Assembly: GCA_016213085.1 (NCBI GenBank)
Contig: JACRBU010000171.1
Location: 1-41,208, forward strand
Length of the DNA: 41,208 nucleotides
Direction: 5' to 3'
Origin: Coriobacteriales bacterium
GTDB taxonomy: Bacteria > Actinomycetota > Coriobacteriia > Anaerosomatales > JACRBU01
The notes beneath the pieces were generated by a model. The model ran no database searches. It was not told the DNA's origin and was given only the letters and a program-made list of their open reading frames with translations. A program made the position numbers and the translations under genes. The number at the start of each line of letters is the position of its first letter. Position 1 is the stretch's first letter. Of this stretch, positions 33,579 to 41,208 are shown piece by piece.

Positions 33579-34301
33579 GTGTACGGCGAAGAGGCCGCGA
33601 CTCAACAGGTACCGGGGGATTCGAGGGAGCACGCCCGCGACAGCGGACAGGTCGCCGGGCAGCAGGCCTCCTCAGCGCACGCACCGCAGCCCATCTCAGC
33701 AGCTCAGACGGCGACTTCGTCGGGCAGCGGCGACGAGCCCGCCGAGCAGCAGAAGCGCAGCGGCCCTCGCCTCGACCTGCAGGCGACCATCACCGAAGAG
33801 GATCTCTTCAACTTCAACCGCGCGTGGGCGCATGTGACCGGCGAGCGCGGCCGGTCGGTCTGGATGTGGCGCGCGTGGGGCCTCATTCCCATCGTCGGAG
33901 GCGGCGTCATCATCTTCCTCGGCGACTACGTGCTCGGCGGTGCGCTGGTGGCGCTCGGCGTGGTGCTGGCGGCAGGCGCTGGCTTCTACCACCGCGCGTC
34001 GGTTCGGCGGGCGGTGGCCAAGCAGGCGTCCGGGCGCAACCCGGCGATGCTCGGGCCCCGGCGGGTCGTGATCGACCAGACCGGCATCTTCGAAGGCGGT
34101 CGCTATGACCGGCTTCAGGTGGCCTGGCCGGGAGTCGTCGACCTCGTTCTCGGGCAGGACGCCTTCTACGTCTTCTACGGCACGATGCAGGCGGTCATCG
34201 TTCCCAAGCGCGCGTTCCGCTCCGCCGCCGACTTCGAGCGGGCGGTCGGGCTGGTCGAGCGCTACATCGGCCGCCGGGCCACCAACGCCACGAAGGCCTG
34301 A
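33579..34301 (+). CDS. YcxB-like (two TM plus bPH-type C-terminal domain) membrane protein
   Basis: The GTG follows GGGAGGAAGGGAG. It has a disordered N-terminus, TM helices 'WGLIPIVGGGVIIFLG' and 'LGGALVALGVVLAAGAGFY', then '...VIDQTGIFEGG....VAWPGVVDLVLGQDAFYVFYGTMQAVIVPKRAF'. Confidence 0.5.
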   Translation: MYGEEAATQQVPGDSREHARDSGQVAGQQASSAHAPQPISAAQTATSSGSGDEPAEQQKRSGPRLDLQATITEEDLFNFNRAWAHVTGERGRSVWMWRAWGLIPIVGGGVIIFLGDYVLGGALVALGVVLAAGAGFYHRASVRRAVAKQASGRNPAMLGPRRVVIDQTGIFEGGRYDRLQVAWPGVVDLVLGQDAFYVFYGTMQAVIVPKRAFRSAADFERAVGLVERYIGRRATNATKA

Positions 34302-34307
34302 TGGCCC

Positions 34308-35417
34308 GTGGTGCGGCGAGGCATCGCAGCTCTGCTCGCCCTCGCGTTCGTCGCCAGCGAGGTGGCGGTCGCAGCGCCACTGCCGACCGTGGCGGCCACG
34401 ACCCCCGAGGCGTCTTCGTCCGCGACCCCAGGCATCGTCCCGACCGAAGCCGACGTCGCCGAGCCGGCTTCGGCCCTCGAGCCACCTTCCGCGGAGGCGA
34501 CGCCGGTTCCTGAGAAGCCAAAGCCGGCAGTCAAGTTCCGCAAGCCCAAGATCGCGATCCGCAAGGACCGGGCGATCACCTTGACCGGCACGCTCTCGTT
34601 CTCCGGCGGGATCGTTGCGTCCGACACGGTTCGAGTGCGCATCTACCGGTACCAGAAGGGGCGCTGGAAGCTTCGCTGGACGCGGAAGGCCACGAAGCGC
34701 CGGATCAACAAGCGCACCGTGCGCTGGCGCGTCGCATTCAAGCCGAAGATGCGTGGTCGATTCAAAGTGCAGGCGATGGCGAGTTCGTGGGACGGTCGCT
34801 TCCGCCGGGGCTTCTCGAGCCCTCGGCGATTCCGGAGCGTGTCGGCGCGCTATGTCGCCCTGACCTTCGACGATGGGGCCTGGACGACGACCGATCGCGT
34901 ACGGCGCGCTCTCGACCGTGGGGGCGCCAAGGCGACGTTCTTCATGGTCGGCCAGCACACGAAGTCCCATCGCGCGGCCGCGAAGCGGGTCGCCGGTAGC
35001 GGTCATCAGATCGCGGTCCACACGATGACTCACCCGATGCTCACCGGTCTCAGCAACGGCGCCATCCGCAGGCAGCTCGTCAACTGCCGGAAGCTCCTCA
35101 AGCGTGTGACCGGCAAGAACGCACGCTGGTACCGTCCGCCGGGCGGGGCGACGAGCTCCAGGGTCCGCCGGGTCGCCCGGTCGGTCGGACTGCGAGAGAT
35201 GATGTGGACCGTCGACACGCGCGATTGGACCGGCATCTCGGCAGGAACCATCCGGTCTCGCGCCGTTCGAGGCGCTCGACCGGGCGGCGTCATCCTCATG
35301 CACGACGGCGGCGGGAATCGGCGCCCCACGGCGGCGGCGGTACCCGGCATCGTCCGCGACCTGCGGAGCCGCGGCTACGACTTCGTGACGCTCGACGAGT
35401 GGGCCGCGCTCCGGTAG
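34308..35417 (+). CDS. Secreted polysaccharide deacetylase (NodB homology domain)
   Basis: The signal peptide is 'GIAALLALAFVASEVAVA'. The NodB motifs are 'VALTFDDG', 'IAVHTMTHP', 'WYRPPGG' and 'VILMHDGG'. Confidence 0.8.
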   Translation: MVRRGIAALLALAFVASEVAVAAPLPTVAATTPEASSSATPGIVPTEADVAEPASALEPPSAEATPVPEKPKPAVKFRKPKIAIRKDRAITLTGTLSFSGGIVASDTVRVRIYRYQKGRWKLRWTRKATKRRINKRTVRWRVAFKPKMRGRFKVQAMASSWDGRFRRGFSSPRRFRSVSARYVALTFDDGAWTTTDRVRRALDRGGAKATFFMVGQHTKSHRAAAKRVAGSGHQIAVHTMTHPMLTGLSNGAIRRQLVNCRKLLKRVTGKNARWYRPPGGATSSRVRRVARSVGLREMMWTVDTRDWTGISAGTIRSRAVRGARPGGVILMHDGGGNRRPTAAAVPGIVRDLRSRGYDFVTLDEWAALR

Positions 35418-35451
35418 GAGCTCGGCCGCTCTGCTCGACGCCTCCGCAGGC

Positions 35452-35868
35452 CTACTCGTGATAGCCGAGGTACGGCTCGCTTCGGTTGCTCGCGGGCTGC
35501 GAATCGCTCGCACGTGGCGCTTCCGGCGGCTGTGCGCCGTCGATCGCCGCGTGAGTGTTCGCGAATCCCGCCTGGCCGGCGGCCTCAGACGCGTGGATGT
35601 CGCGCTCCAGGGCCGCCGAAAGCGCCTCCACGTCATCGTGCACGCGGACCACGTATTGCGCGAGTGAGCGCTCGTCGGAGAAGCTGACCGCAGGGGACCG
35701 GCCGTCCACCACGAGCGGGTACGACGGCGCACGGGCCGCGCGCGTTGCGGCGGCGCGCGTCTGAGCGACCTCGCCCTTCAGCTCGCCGACCTGCATCGCG
35801 AGCGCTGCGATCGCGAGGAGCGCAGCGACCAGCCCAACGCTGAGGGCGCCTGTGACGAACCTATTCAT
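35452..35868 (-). CDS. Hypothetical N-terminally anchored protein with a coiled-coil-like segment
   Basis: I chose ATG 35868 (GTGGAG upstream). The TM helix is 'ALSVGLVAALLAIAALA'. The track ORF extends to 36108, which would run into the purF start region. Confidence 0.4.
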   Translation of the reverse strand: MNRFVTGALSVGLVAALLAIAALAMQVGELKGEVAQTRAAATRAARAPSYPLVVDGRSPAVSFSDERSLAQYVVRVHDDVEALSAALERDIHASEAAGQAGFANTHAAIDGAQPPEAPRASDSQPASNRSEPYLGYHE

Positions 35869-36026
35869 GCTCCACACCCCCGCTCCGAACCGTCCGACCG
35901 CCTTCGGCAGTCGCAACAAGCGGGCACCACGTATGTTCCCAGGCCAGCGGGTCGGCGCAGATGGGCCCTTCAGCGTGCTATCCTTGCTGCGTTCACCGCC
36001 CCTGTCGTAAGGATGTGCCTGCACGC

Positions 36027-37487
36027 ATGACCCCCAGCACGGACTGGATCCTGTCCGCGCCTGCCGACCATCCCGAGGAAGCCTGCGGCGTCTTCGGCGT
36101 ATATGCACCCGGTGAGGACGTAGCCCGGCTTACCTACTTCGCACTTCAAGCCCTTCAGCACCGCGGCCAAGAGTCCGCGGGCATCGCCGTGGGTGACGGC
36201 GAGACCGTCACCGCCACCAAGAACCTCGGGCTCGTGTCTCAGGCGTTCCGCGAGCACGACCTCTCGACGCTCACGGGCGAGGTGGCGATCGGCCACACGC
36301 GCTATTCGACCACCGGGTCGTCGACCTCGTGGGAGAACGCGCAGCCGCATCTCTCGGCGATCGGGCACCAGGTGATCGCTCTCGCGCACAACGGCAACCT
36401 TGTGAACACGGTGGAGCTGCGCGACGAGCTGCGCGGCACAAACGGCGTCCGCTTCCGCTCCACCACCGACTCCGAGGTCATGGCCACGCTCGTCGGCCAC
36501 TTCACGGAGAAGCACGGGTCGATCCGCGCGGGCATCCGCGACACGATGGAGCTCATCCGAGGCGCGTACTCGGTCGTCCTCTCCACCGAAGACGCGGTCT
36601 ACGCGTTCCGCGACCCCTACGGCATCAGGCCGCTCGTCATCGGCGAGATCGACGGGGTGGGCTGGGCGCTCGCGAGCGAGACCTGCGCGCTCGACATCAT
36701 CGGGGCGACCTACCTGCGCGACGTCGCTCCCGGCGAGATGATCAAGATCTCCGCCGAAGGGCTTCAGGCCGAGCAGGCCGTGCCTGCGGAGAACCCGTCG
36801 CTGTGCATGTTCGAGTTCATCTACTTCGCCCGCCCCGACTCGGTCATGAACGACTGCACGCTCTACGAAGCGAGACGCCAGATGGGCGGCGCGCTCGCCG
36901 GCGAGGCGCCCGTGGAGGCCGACCTCGTCATCGGCGTGCCGGACTCGGGCGTGCCGGCAGCCGTCGGCTTCGCGCAGGCGAGCGGGGTCCCCTTCGGCGA
37001 AGGGCTTGTGAAGAACCGCTACGTCGGTCGTACGTTCATCTCGCCGACGCAGACGCTTCGTCAGCAGGGCATCCGCCTGAAGCTCAATCCGCTTCCGCAC
37101 GCGATCCGGGGGAAGCGTCTCGTGGTCGTCGACGACTCGATCGTGCGCGGGAACACGACCCGCAAGCTCGTTCAGCTGCTGCGCGATGCGGGAGCCGCCG
37201 AAGTCCACATGCGCATCACCTCGCCGCCGATCGTCTGGCCCTGCTTCTTCGGCATCGACACCGACACGCAGGAGCAGCTCATCGCGTCCTCGAAGTCCGT
37301 CGAGGAGGTCCGCGAGTTCATCGGCGCCGATTCGCTCGCCTACCTTTCGCTCGACGCGATGGTCGACGCGACCGGCACCAAGCGCGAGGACTTCTGCCTC
37401 GCCTGCTTCAATGGCGTCTATCCGATCGAGATTCCCGAGACGGTCAAGCGCGGCAAGCTCTCCCTGGAGGTGGGCGAGACCTCATGA
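36027..37487 (+). CDS. purF: Amidophosphoribosyltransferase
   Basis: A propeptide precedes the catalytic Cys in 'ACGVFGVY'. The translation also has 'LQHRGQESAGI', 'GHTRYSTTG' and the PRPP loop 'VVVDDSIVRGNT'. Confidence 0.95.
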   Translation: MTPSTDWILSAPADHPEEACGVFGVYAPGEDVARLTYFALQALQHRGQESAGIAVGDGETVTATKNLGLVSQAFREHDLSTLTGEVAIGHTRYSTTGSSTSWENAQPHLSAIGHQVIALAHNGNLVNTVELRDELRGTNGVRFRSTTDSEVMATLVGHFTEKHGSIRAGIRDTMELIRGAYSVVLSTEDAVYAFRDPYGIRPLVIGEIDGVGWALASETCALDIIGATYLRDVAPGEMIKISAEGLQAEQAVPAENPSLCMFEFIYFARPDSVMNDCTLYEARRQMGGALAGEAPVEADLVIGVPDSGVPAAVGFAQASGVPFGEGLVKNRYVGRTFISPTQTLRQQGIRLKLNPLPHAIRGKRLVVVDDSIVRGNTTRKLVQLLRDAGAAEVHMRITSPPIVWPCFFGIDTDTQEQLIASSKSVEEVREFIGADSLAYLSLDAMVDATGTKREDFCLACFNGVYPIEIPETVKRGKLSLEVGETS

Positions 37488-38545
37488 GCGACAACGATTC
37501 GCGTCGGCCGACGACCTACCGCGACTCCGGTGTCGATATCGACGCGGGGGCCGAAGCGGTCGACCGGATCCGCGATGCGGTCCGAAGTACGTATCGCCCT
37601 GAGGTCATCGGCGACATCGGCGGGTTCGGCGGGTTCTTCTCCGCGGCCGCGTTCAAAGAGATGGACGATCCGGTCCTCGTCTCCGCGACCGACGGCGTCG
37701 GCACGAAGATCGAGGTCGCCAGGCTGGTCGGGCGCCTCGACACCGTGGGCATCGACCTCGTCGCGATGTGCGCGAACGACATCCTCGTGAGCGGCGCCGA
37801 ACCGCTCTTCTTCCTCGACTACATCGCGATCGGCAAGCTCGACCCCGACCGCGTCGAAGCCATCGTCTCCGGCATCGCCGAGGGCTGCCGTCAGGCCGGC
37901 TGCTCGCTGATCGGCGGCGAGATGGCCGAGCACCCGGGCGTGATGGCCGGCGACGAGTTCGATCTCTCCGGCTTCTGCGTCGGCGTGGTCGATCGCGCCA
38001 AGGCCATCGACAGCTCGAACGTCGAGGCGGGCGACGTGATCCTCGGCCTTCCCTCGAGCGGGCTGCACTCCAACGGCTACTCGCTCGTGCGGCGCGTCGT
38101 GGTCGAGGGGCGCGAGGAGGAGCTCAGCCTGTCGCGCGTCGACCTCGGCGGGGCGACGCTCGGCGAGGCGCTGCTCGAGCCGACGCGCATCTATGCGAAA
38201 GCGGTCCGTACACTGCTCGACGCCGGGATCCGGCCGAAGGCCATGGCGCACATCACAGGCGGCGGCGTGACCGAGAACCTCGCTCGCGTGCTTCCAGACA
38301 GCGTCGACGCCTCGCTCGTGCGCGGCTCGTGGCCCGTGCCGAAGGTCATCGATGCGGTGGTCGAAGCAGCAGCGCTGCCGGTCGACGAGGCGTATCGCAC
38401 GTTCAACATGGGCCTCGGTTTCGCGCTGGTGTTCGCCGCGGACGATGCGCCGAAGGCTGCCGCCGCGCTTCGAGAGGCAGGGGAGCGACCGTACGAGGTC
38501 GGCGACATCGTCGCCGGCACCGGGGAGGTGACCTACCGTGGGTAA
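37484..38545 (+). CDS. purM: AIR synthetase (phosphoribosylformylglycinamidine cyclo-ligase)
   Basis: It shares an ATGA overlap with the purF stop (37484-37487). The translation has 'YRDSGVDIDAG', 'GGFGGFF', 'DGVGTK' and 'GGEMAEHPG'. The upstream part of the 738-aa track ORF is frame read-through. Confidence 0.95.
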   Translation: MSDNDSRRPTTYRDSGVDIDAGAEAVDRIRDAVRSTYRPEVIGDIGGFGGFFSAAAFKEMDDPVLVSATDGVGTKIEVARLVGRLDTVGIDLVAMCANDILVSGAEPLFFLDYIAIGKLDPDRVEAIVSGIAEGCRQAGCSLIGGEMAEHPGVMAGDEFDLSGFCVGVVDRAKAIDSSNVEAGDVILGLPSSGLHSNGYSLVRRVVVEGREEELSLSRVDLGGATLGEALLEPTRIYAKAVRTLLDAGIRPKAMAHITGGGVTENLARVLPDSVDASLVRGSWPVPKVIDAVVEAAALPVDEAYRTFNMGLGFALVFAADDAPKAAAALREAGERPYEVGDIVAGTGEVTYRG

Positions 38546-39158
38546 TGCGATCCGCAAGCTCCGGATCGGCGTGCTCATCTCGGGATCAGGCACGAACCTG
38601 CAGGTCATTCTCGACGGGGCTGCCAAGGACGTCCTCGACGTCGACGTCCGAGTCGTCATCTCCAACAAGGCCGAGGCCTTCGGTCTCGAGCGCGCCCGCC
38701 AGGCCGGCGTTGCAGCGGTACACGTCGACCCGACGAGCTTCCCCGATGCTTCCGCGTACAACATCGCGGTCCGCGAGGTGCTCGTCGAGCACGGCGTCGA
38801 CTTTGTGGTGATGGCCGGCTACATGAAGCTGCTCGGAACCGAAGTCCTCGACGCGTTCCCGAACCGCGTCCTCAACATCCACCCCGCGCTCCTTCCGAGC
38901 TTCCCGGGCGCCCACGGCATCTCCGACGCCTTCGACTACGGCGTCAAGGTCACCGGAGTCACCGTGCACTTCGCCAATGCCGTCTTCGACGAGGGCCCGA
39001 TCATCGCCCAAGAACCCGTTCACGTCGCCGAAGACGACACGCTCGAGACGCTCGAGGCCAAGATCCACGAGGTCGAGTACCGGCTGTACCCCGCTGCGCT
39101 GCAGCTGCTTGCCGAAGGGCGGCTCATCATCGAGGGCCGCAAGGTGCGGATCCGGTAG
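38538..39158 (+). CDS. purN: Phosphoribosylglycinamide formyltransferase
   Basis: The translation has 'IGVLISGSGTNLQVI', 'VVMAGYMKLLG', 'LNIHPALLPSFPG' and 'VTGVTVHF'. It overlaps purM by 8 nt. Confidence 0.9.
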   Translation: MGNAIRKLRIGVLISGSGTNLQVILDGAAKDVLDVDVRVVISNKAEAFGLERARQAGVAAVHVDPTSFPDASAYNIAVREVLVEHGVDFVVMAGYMKLLGTEVLDAFPNRVLNIHPALLPSFPGAHGISDAFDYGVKVTGVTVHFANAVFDEGPIIAQEPVHVAEDDTLETLEAKIHEVEYRLYPAALQLLAEGRLIIEGRKVRIR

Positions 39159-39170
39159 AGAACTCGGAAG

Positions 39171-39194
39171 CTCGGAAGCGAGCCGACTTCCGAG
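39171..39194. terminator. Hairpin between convergent genes (ctcggaag-cgagccga-cttccgag); the left arm is tandemly duplicated (39163-39178)
   Basis: An 8-bp perfect stem sits in the 42-nt gap between the purN stop and the stop of the minus-strand gene. Confidence 0.45.
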
Positions 39195-39200
39195 TAGTCG

Positions 39201-40571
39201 CTAGAGGTACTTGGCCGCGTCTTCGGCGATGAAGTAGCGACGCTTGGGGTCGTTCGGTCCCGAACCGACCTCGACGACGAGCCCTCGCTCCACAAGCTGC
39301 GCAAGACGCTGGCGCGTCGCGCGCGTGGTGCGTCCGATCCGTTCCGAGATGTCGCGCGTTGACAGACCGTCGGCCTGCGCGAGCGCCGCCAGCGCCGTGT
39401 GGTCGAGTTCGTCGATCTTGGGCGGGGCGGTCCGCTCGAATCGCAGTGTCACGCGGAACCCGAACCCGATCTCCTCGAACTCCGGGTCCGGCAGACCGGC
39501 CTCCCGCATCGCCGCCGTCATGCGACCAACGCCGCTGCCCCACTGCTCGATGAGCTCGAGCTCGCGAAAGAGGCGCCCAATCACACGATTCCGGAGCTTG
39601 GACACTCCAGACAGGACGTCGGCGATCGTCAGTCCTGGCACGAGCATGCCCGGGTTGTCGATCTCGATCCGCTCGTCGTATATGGCGAGCCGAAGTGGTG
39701 CGCCGCGCTGACTGTAGTCCGCGTGAACGACGGCGTTCGTGACGCCCTCGCGTACCGCCTCCAGGGGGAGGGCCCAGACGCGGCGGCCACGTACACCGCT
39801 GATCTGCACGCCCATGGCGATATTCCGGGTCACGAACGCCATCGCCTCGTCCGGTAGCAGCGCGAGCGGGGTGCGTATGTCCCGAGTGTCGACGATCGTG
39901 CTCTTGTTCGTGCCGCGGAACCTGCCGGCCATGAGGTACGCGTCCGGGAAGCGCTCCGCGCGCTCTGGACCTCCTGCAGCTAGGAGGCCGGCTACCGTGG
40001 GGACTGATCGGCCCTGGTGTTCCGTCGTCGCGCGAAGGGAGCGCAGCGCACTGGCGTCAACTCGGCGTCCCAGGGCCTTGGAGAGAAGCTTCGAGTCAAG
40101 CGCGCGAGGCGTCAGGCCCACGACGGGCTCCTCGTCATATGAGGTCCCGGCCGCCGTTCGTCGCAGCTCCTCAATGAGCGGTCCGTCGGCTGCGCGGTTG
40201 GTGGAACCGACGCGGACATACGTCCCCTGCAAGGGGCCCAGCTTCGTGACGTGGTATGGCATCGCTGCGCCCGGATGGACGGTGATCGATAGAAGCGAGG
40301 TCGACCGCCAGGGGATCACCTCGATCTCCGGGAGGATCCTGGGTGAGATCCCGTCCGAGAGCAGGCTGACGATGCGCTCTTCGGCGTCGAGCGGGTCGGC
40401 GACCCCGATGACCTCGCGCGTTCGGTCTTCGACGCCTATCAGCACGGTCCCACCCGCGGTGTTGGCAAACGCCACGATCGTGCGCAGGATCGGCATCGGT
40501 GACGAAACGTCGCGCTTGAACTCGAGGGTCTTGCCCTCGTTCTGGGTCAGGATGTCATCGGGCGGTGGCAT
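39201..40571 (-). CDS. AlbA_2 (Schlafen-type divergent AAA) + HATPase_c_4 + C-terminal wHTH protein ('RecG-like' putative transcriptional regulator)
   Basis: The N-terminal 'EGKTLEFKRD......ILRTIVAFANTAGGTVLIGVED' is the AlbA_2 signature. The mid-region reads 'EAVREGVTNAVVHADY' and the C-terminal wHTH 'STRDISERIGRTTRATRQRLAQLVERGLV'. Confidence 0.8.
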   Translation of the reverse strand: MPPPDDILTQNEGKTLEFKRDVSSPMPILRTIVAFANTAGGTVLIGVEDRTREVIGVADPLDAEERIVSLLSDGISPRILPEIEVIPWRSTSLLSITVHPGAAMPYHVTKLGPLQGTYVRVGSTNRAADGPLIEELRRTAAGTSYDEEPVVGLTPRALDSKLLSKALGRRVDASALRSLRATTEHQGRSVPTVAGLLAAGGPERAERFPDAYLMAGRFRGTNKSTIVDTRDIRTPLALLPDEAMAFVTRNIAMGVQISGVRGRRVWALPLEAVREGVTNAVVHADYSQRGAPLRLAIYDERIEIDNPGMLVPGLTIADVLSGVSKLRNRVIGRLFRELELIEQWGSGVGRMTAAMREAGLPDPEFEEIGFGFRVTLRFERTAPPKIDELDHTALAALAQADGLSTRDISERIGRTTRATRQRLAQLVERGLVVEVGSGPNDPKRRYFIAEDAAKYL

Positions 40572-40723
40572 ACTACGAAAGTCTACTCAGAAGATACCAA
40601 GTACGCAATACTTCCTAGTAGCTGTCCGATGGGTCCGTGCCATTGCCCTCCACCCTGGGTAGCTGAAAGGCAACGCTTCCTTCACCGCGCACGCATGACC
40701 TGCTACGCTTCGCCGGTGTTCAC

Positions 40724-41208
40724 ATGGAAGTCACAAGCTTGGACGCTGAGCATTCGATGAACGACCCGAACGGTCGGGAGACCGACGCAAACCTGAATGA
40801 GGCCACATCGCGCAGGCGGCAGATGGCGTCCCGGCGTCCGGTCGAGGGCGTTCTCGAGAGCTCGGCAGCTCCTTCTCACCCGAGCGCTTGGCTGCTCGTA
40901 GCAGCCATCGTTGCCGCCGCGCTCGTCCAGGTGATCGCCGCACGGGCCCTGCTGCTGGGGTGGCACGGGACCGTCATCGGTTTCGGCGCCGATCTGCTGC
41001 TCGTGCTCGGAATCTACTTCCTCGCGTCGACGATAGGCCGCAGGGCCGGCGCGATTGTGCTTGCGGTCGTGGGAGTGGCGGTGAGCGCGCTCGTGCTCGT
41101 CGCCGCGATCTACCTTGCCTATTCCGACACGCTGCCGACCGTCGGATTGCTTCAGATCAGCGGTCAGGCCGGGACCGTCCTCGACAGCGTGGGCGACCTC
41201 TTCAAGTC
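40724..41208 (+). CDS. Partial (3'-truncated by the window) polytopic membrane protein
   Basis: The frame is open from ATG 40724 to the window end with no stop. Hydrophobic helices include 'WLLVAAIVAAALVQVIA', 'IGFGADLLLVLGIYFLA' and 'IVLAVVGVAVSALVLVAAIYLAY'. It is absent from the ORF track because it has no stop. Confidence 0.45.
   Translation, partial: MEVTSLDAEHSMNDPNGRETDANLNEATSRRRQMASRRPVEGVLESSAAPSHPSAWLLVAAIVAAALVQVIAARALLLGWHGTVIGFGADLLLVLGIYFLASTIGRRAGAIVLAVVGVAVSALVLVAAIYLAYSDTLPTVGLLQISGQAGTVLDSVGDLFK

Noticed and set aside
33696-35732. 678-aa minus-strand ORF
   Set aside because: It is antisense to the YcxB-like and polysaccharide-deacetylase genes. Its composition is Arg/Pro/Ala-rich with no motifs, so it is a GC artefact.
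36329-37483. N-terminal 385 aa of the 738-aa track ORF that ends as purM
   Set aside because: This portion is an alternate frame running through purF and is Arg-rich nonsense. The real purM begins at ATG 37484, overlapping the purF stop, where the canonical 'YRDSGVDIDAG' N-terminus starts.

Overview
The window is GC-rich, with a strong G/C bias at third codon positions. It looks like an actinobacterium-type chromosomal segment and is densely coding. All homology calls come from reading the supplied translations and recalling family motifs; no searches were run.

Gene content, left to right:
- A partial HEAT-like gene.
- A radical-SAM/SPASM enzyme.
- Three envelope or membrane proteins.
- An OmpR-type regulator with a degenerate receiver.
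- A convergent hgcA-hgcB mercury-methylation pair.
- A permuted-papain (YiiX-like) secreted enzyme, a lipoprotein, and an OmpR/HisKA two-component pair.
- A DUF3221-like lipoprotein and a CaCA Ca2+/Na+ antiporter.
- A fragmented purine operon: purC-[x]-purS-purQ ... purL ... purF-purM-purN.

About 15.8 kb sits between purQ and purL. It holds a potassium/cation block and a toxin-antitoxin pair:
- Two paralogous pairs of TrkA/RCK genes flank a P-type ATPase. Its TM4/5/6 ion-site motifs match Na+,K+/H+,K+-ATPase alpha subunits rather than SERCA. The genes are linked by overlapping stop/start codons, and no TrkH/KtrB is present.
- Next come an N-terminally truncated kdpD kinase, kdpE, three tiny membrane-peptide ORFs (the last is kdpF), and kdpABC.
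- A stand-alone KdpD-N/Usp sensor gene follows kdpC.
- The block ends with a type VII HepT/MNT toxin-antitoxin pair whose antitoxin carries an extra XRE HTH.

No rRNA, tRNA, CRISPR array, transposase or integrase was recognised. Many long antisense or alternate-frame ORFs in the track are GC artefacts.

The two highest-value observations are the hgcAB pair and the trkA2-P2C-like ATPase-trkA2 module.
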